The notes beneath the pieces are model-generated. The model saw only the letters and a program-made list of their open reading frames with translations, searched no databases and was not told the DNA's origin. A program made the position numbers and the translations under genes. From contig NC_043000.1 of NCBI RefSeq assembly GCF_006345805.1, positions 29,078,001 through 29,142,000 on the forward strand: a stretch of DNA of 64,000 bases, written 5' to 3'. Shown in pieces: positions 61,653 to 64,000 of the stretch (its first letter is position 1; every line of letters begins with the position of its first letter). The DNA is from Octopus sinensis (Eukaryota).

Positions 61653-62703
61653 AGTAACAAAGATGTACAGGTGTCAATTCATTACGGCCTTATTTTAGTA
61701 TATTTTTTAATCATCCAATATATTCATTAAGTGTTTACCTGCCCAAATTCGTCTAAGTATTGTATCCGATATAAACTCCCTTATACATTTAATATACCTC
61801 TAATTCAATTACCCCACATACTGGATACCAGCTTTTACAATAATGAAGAGAATGGTTCTTATATTAGTTTAAAATATACTGTGTTTTTCTATTCATATGA
61901 TAATTTAATTCCGTTATACATTCATTATAGAATGTTTTTATCATGATCTTCTATATACTGTTTAGAAAAAGTCTTAATAGTCTTTCTTACATATTAAAGT
62001 ATCTTATTATTTGTTTTTAAATTTAATTTCTATCTTTATTCTACATATTGATTTAAATTTTTTCGATTTGATATTACAAATTTGCTAAGTTATAAATTAC
62101 TCCCTCCCGTATCCTTCAATTCTAATTTCCATCCCTTAAGTCTATATTACTTATATCTTTTGGTTTTTCATTATATTCCCCTTTAATTTGATAATCTAAA
62201 TAAGTATGGCCACCCCTATCCATCTTTCTTCCATTTATCACTCCTTTTCCATTAGACATTCCCTTACTACTAATCCTAAACCCTACCCTTTTGTGTAGAT
62301 AAAACTAGAGATATGAGTCTAATAGATTGTCGACATTAATTGATTTATCACCATTAACTAGAAAACAGTTGACAACTCCCAATGGATCTAATTCTAAATG
62401 GTTGAAGACTATATTCTACATAAAGTCTTCTAAATATAAGTAACTAGGTCACCGCTCTTTTTATCCTATTTCCTCTACTACTCTCAGCATCATACTGCCA
62501 CAGATATGCCAAAAGAAACAATGTAAATATTTTGAGTTCCATTATTGATGTTACTATGTTAAAAGTCATTATATCCTTTACGTTTGAAGTCCATGCGGTC
62601 ATCTGACGAGAACGGTTTCTTTCAAACAATATAATGTTTCCATCAATTAAAAGAGCCGCTTGAAATGGCCGTAATGAATTGTCACCTGTACATCTTTGTT
62701 ACT
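61653..62703. mobile_element. About 1.05-kb element bounded by 37-bp inverted repeats
   Basis: agtaacaaagatgtacaggtg(t/a)caattcattacggcc at 61653-61689 and rc at 62667-62703. Confidence 0.7.
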
Positions 62704-63364
62704 TATTTATATCATATGTATATATATATATATGTAGGTAGGTAGGTAGGTAGGTAGGTAGGTAGATAGGTAGGTAAGTAGGTAGGTAGGTAGGTAGGTA
62801 GGTAGGTAGGTAGGTAGGTAGGTAGAGGGCTCAGAAAGGGATCTTAGGGAATAGCGTACATGCCTTCCTGAGCTAAGTTTTCCACCACATTTCTTAAAGA
62901 TCGTGGCAGAGGCCTTGGTCTCGGGACTACTCATGTCTAGAAACTGAGGTTGGGGATAAGCGATACATAAAGCTTTTTAGGTGATTGATTCCATAGTAAC
63001 AATATCAGGTGCTGAATGGAATACTCTGGAAAAATCTTATGGATTCTACTCTCCTCGTTGAAATAGTTCTTAAAAATCTATGATTTGTGGAAGCAAATTA
63101 ACTCACTGTTAAATCCTCAATTCAGTTTTATCGTGAAAATTTAGAAGTAATGTAGTTTTGCCGTTTATTTATATGGCGTCTTTTTGGAAGAATATTCTTC
63201 ATAAAGACAAAATGAAACTGTTAGAGTAACATCTATATGGAGAGAAACGCTTGAAAGATTTTATAAAGATCTTCAGGTCTATCTGCAGAAACGGTTAACA
63301 AATGCAAGAAGCGCTGTGATGATCTTGAAGTACTGTCTAAAGAAGTAAAGCAATCTTTTCTATT

Positions 63365-63545
63365 TAGGTACAAGGCCTGAAATTTTGGGGGGACGCGGCT
63401 AGTCGATTGCACCTATCCCAGTGTCCTATTAGTACTTATTTCATCGACCCCGAAAGGATAAAAGGCAAAGTCGACCTCGGTGGAATTTGAACTCAGAACT
63501 GCCGCTAAGCATTTTACCCGGCGTGCTAACGATTCTACCGCCTTG
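63365..63545 (-). mobile_element. SINE family B
   Basis: gaaaggataaaaggcaaagtcgacctcggtggaatttgaactcag. Confidence 0.85.
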
Positions 63546-63965
63546 TGAACAATAAAAATAGTAAGATAGTGATGACAGAGAGCCTTTTACAATGCGGAAA
63601 AGGAAAAGCAAAAATTATTATCTTTTGTGGAGGAAGAATGGGTGACCGGAAGGGAGAGGTAAGAGCAATCTTTATTTGTGCCTTGCAACAACATCTTTAT
63701 ATATTTCAGGCGCAAATGCCCATGATCAAAAGTAAACAGTCAAGAAATATTAGTCTATACAATACTAGTCTCGGGGATCGTTGTGCAGACATCGATTCCA
63801 CGGCATTCATTCCCCAAACAGCGCCGGCAGAAGTTGCAGAGGTCATAGCAGGGATGGCGGCGCGTAGGTAGCCGTTGCTCGATAACGGTGAATATACTTC
63901 ACTGAAAATATATATATATGTTTACAAAGTCTAGACAGGTATCTTCAGCTGCAGGCCATGCTACT

Positions 63966-64000
63966 CCAGACTGATGACGAGCAAGACTCAGAAACATGTC
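63966..64000 (+). ncRNA. Minimal hammerhead ribozyme motif cut by the window edge
   Basis: CCAGA-CUGAUGA-C-GAG-CAAGA-CUC-A-GAAAC-AU-GUC; palindromic ACAUGU stem III; 3' strand of stem I lies outside the window. Confidence 0.65.

Overview
AT-rich, repeat-saturated animal DNA. The microsatellite density and SINE repertoire look like an octopus (coleoid cephalopod) genome; this is inferred from repeat content and not verified. No intact protein-coding gene is visible, and almost all ORFs in the supplied track are translated microsatellites. The window reads as intron or intergenic DNA. It contains four tRNA-headed SINE families (my labels A-D), decayed LINEs (CR1-like, RTE, and R4/Dong-type RLE elements stacked in (TAA)n), Penelope-like (PLE) RT and GIY-YIG remnants, Tc1/mariner, pogo, hAT and Merlin-like TIR elements, and non-autonomous Helitrons. 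There are a few weak + strand exon candidates. The most striking signal is about ten minimal hammerhead-ribozyme (HHR) motifs on short non-coding mobile units. Two of these units have perfect 14-15 bp target-site duplications (TSDs): a 285-bp tRNA-promoter plus intact-HHR element (20439-20723) and a 227-bp HHR element whose empty site is preserved in an adjacent duplicate (45053-45279). A possible decayed HDV-like ribozyme sits at an RTE-like 5' end (53866-53920). Coordinates were counted by eye. TSD, TIR and ribozyme coordinates should be within a few bases; element edges may be off by about 10-30 bp. No database searches were run.
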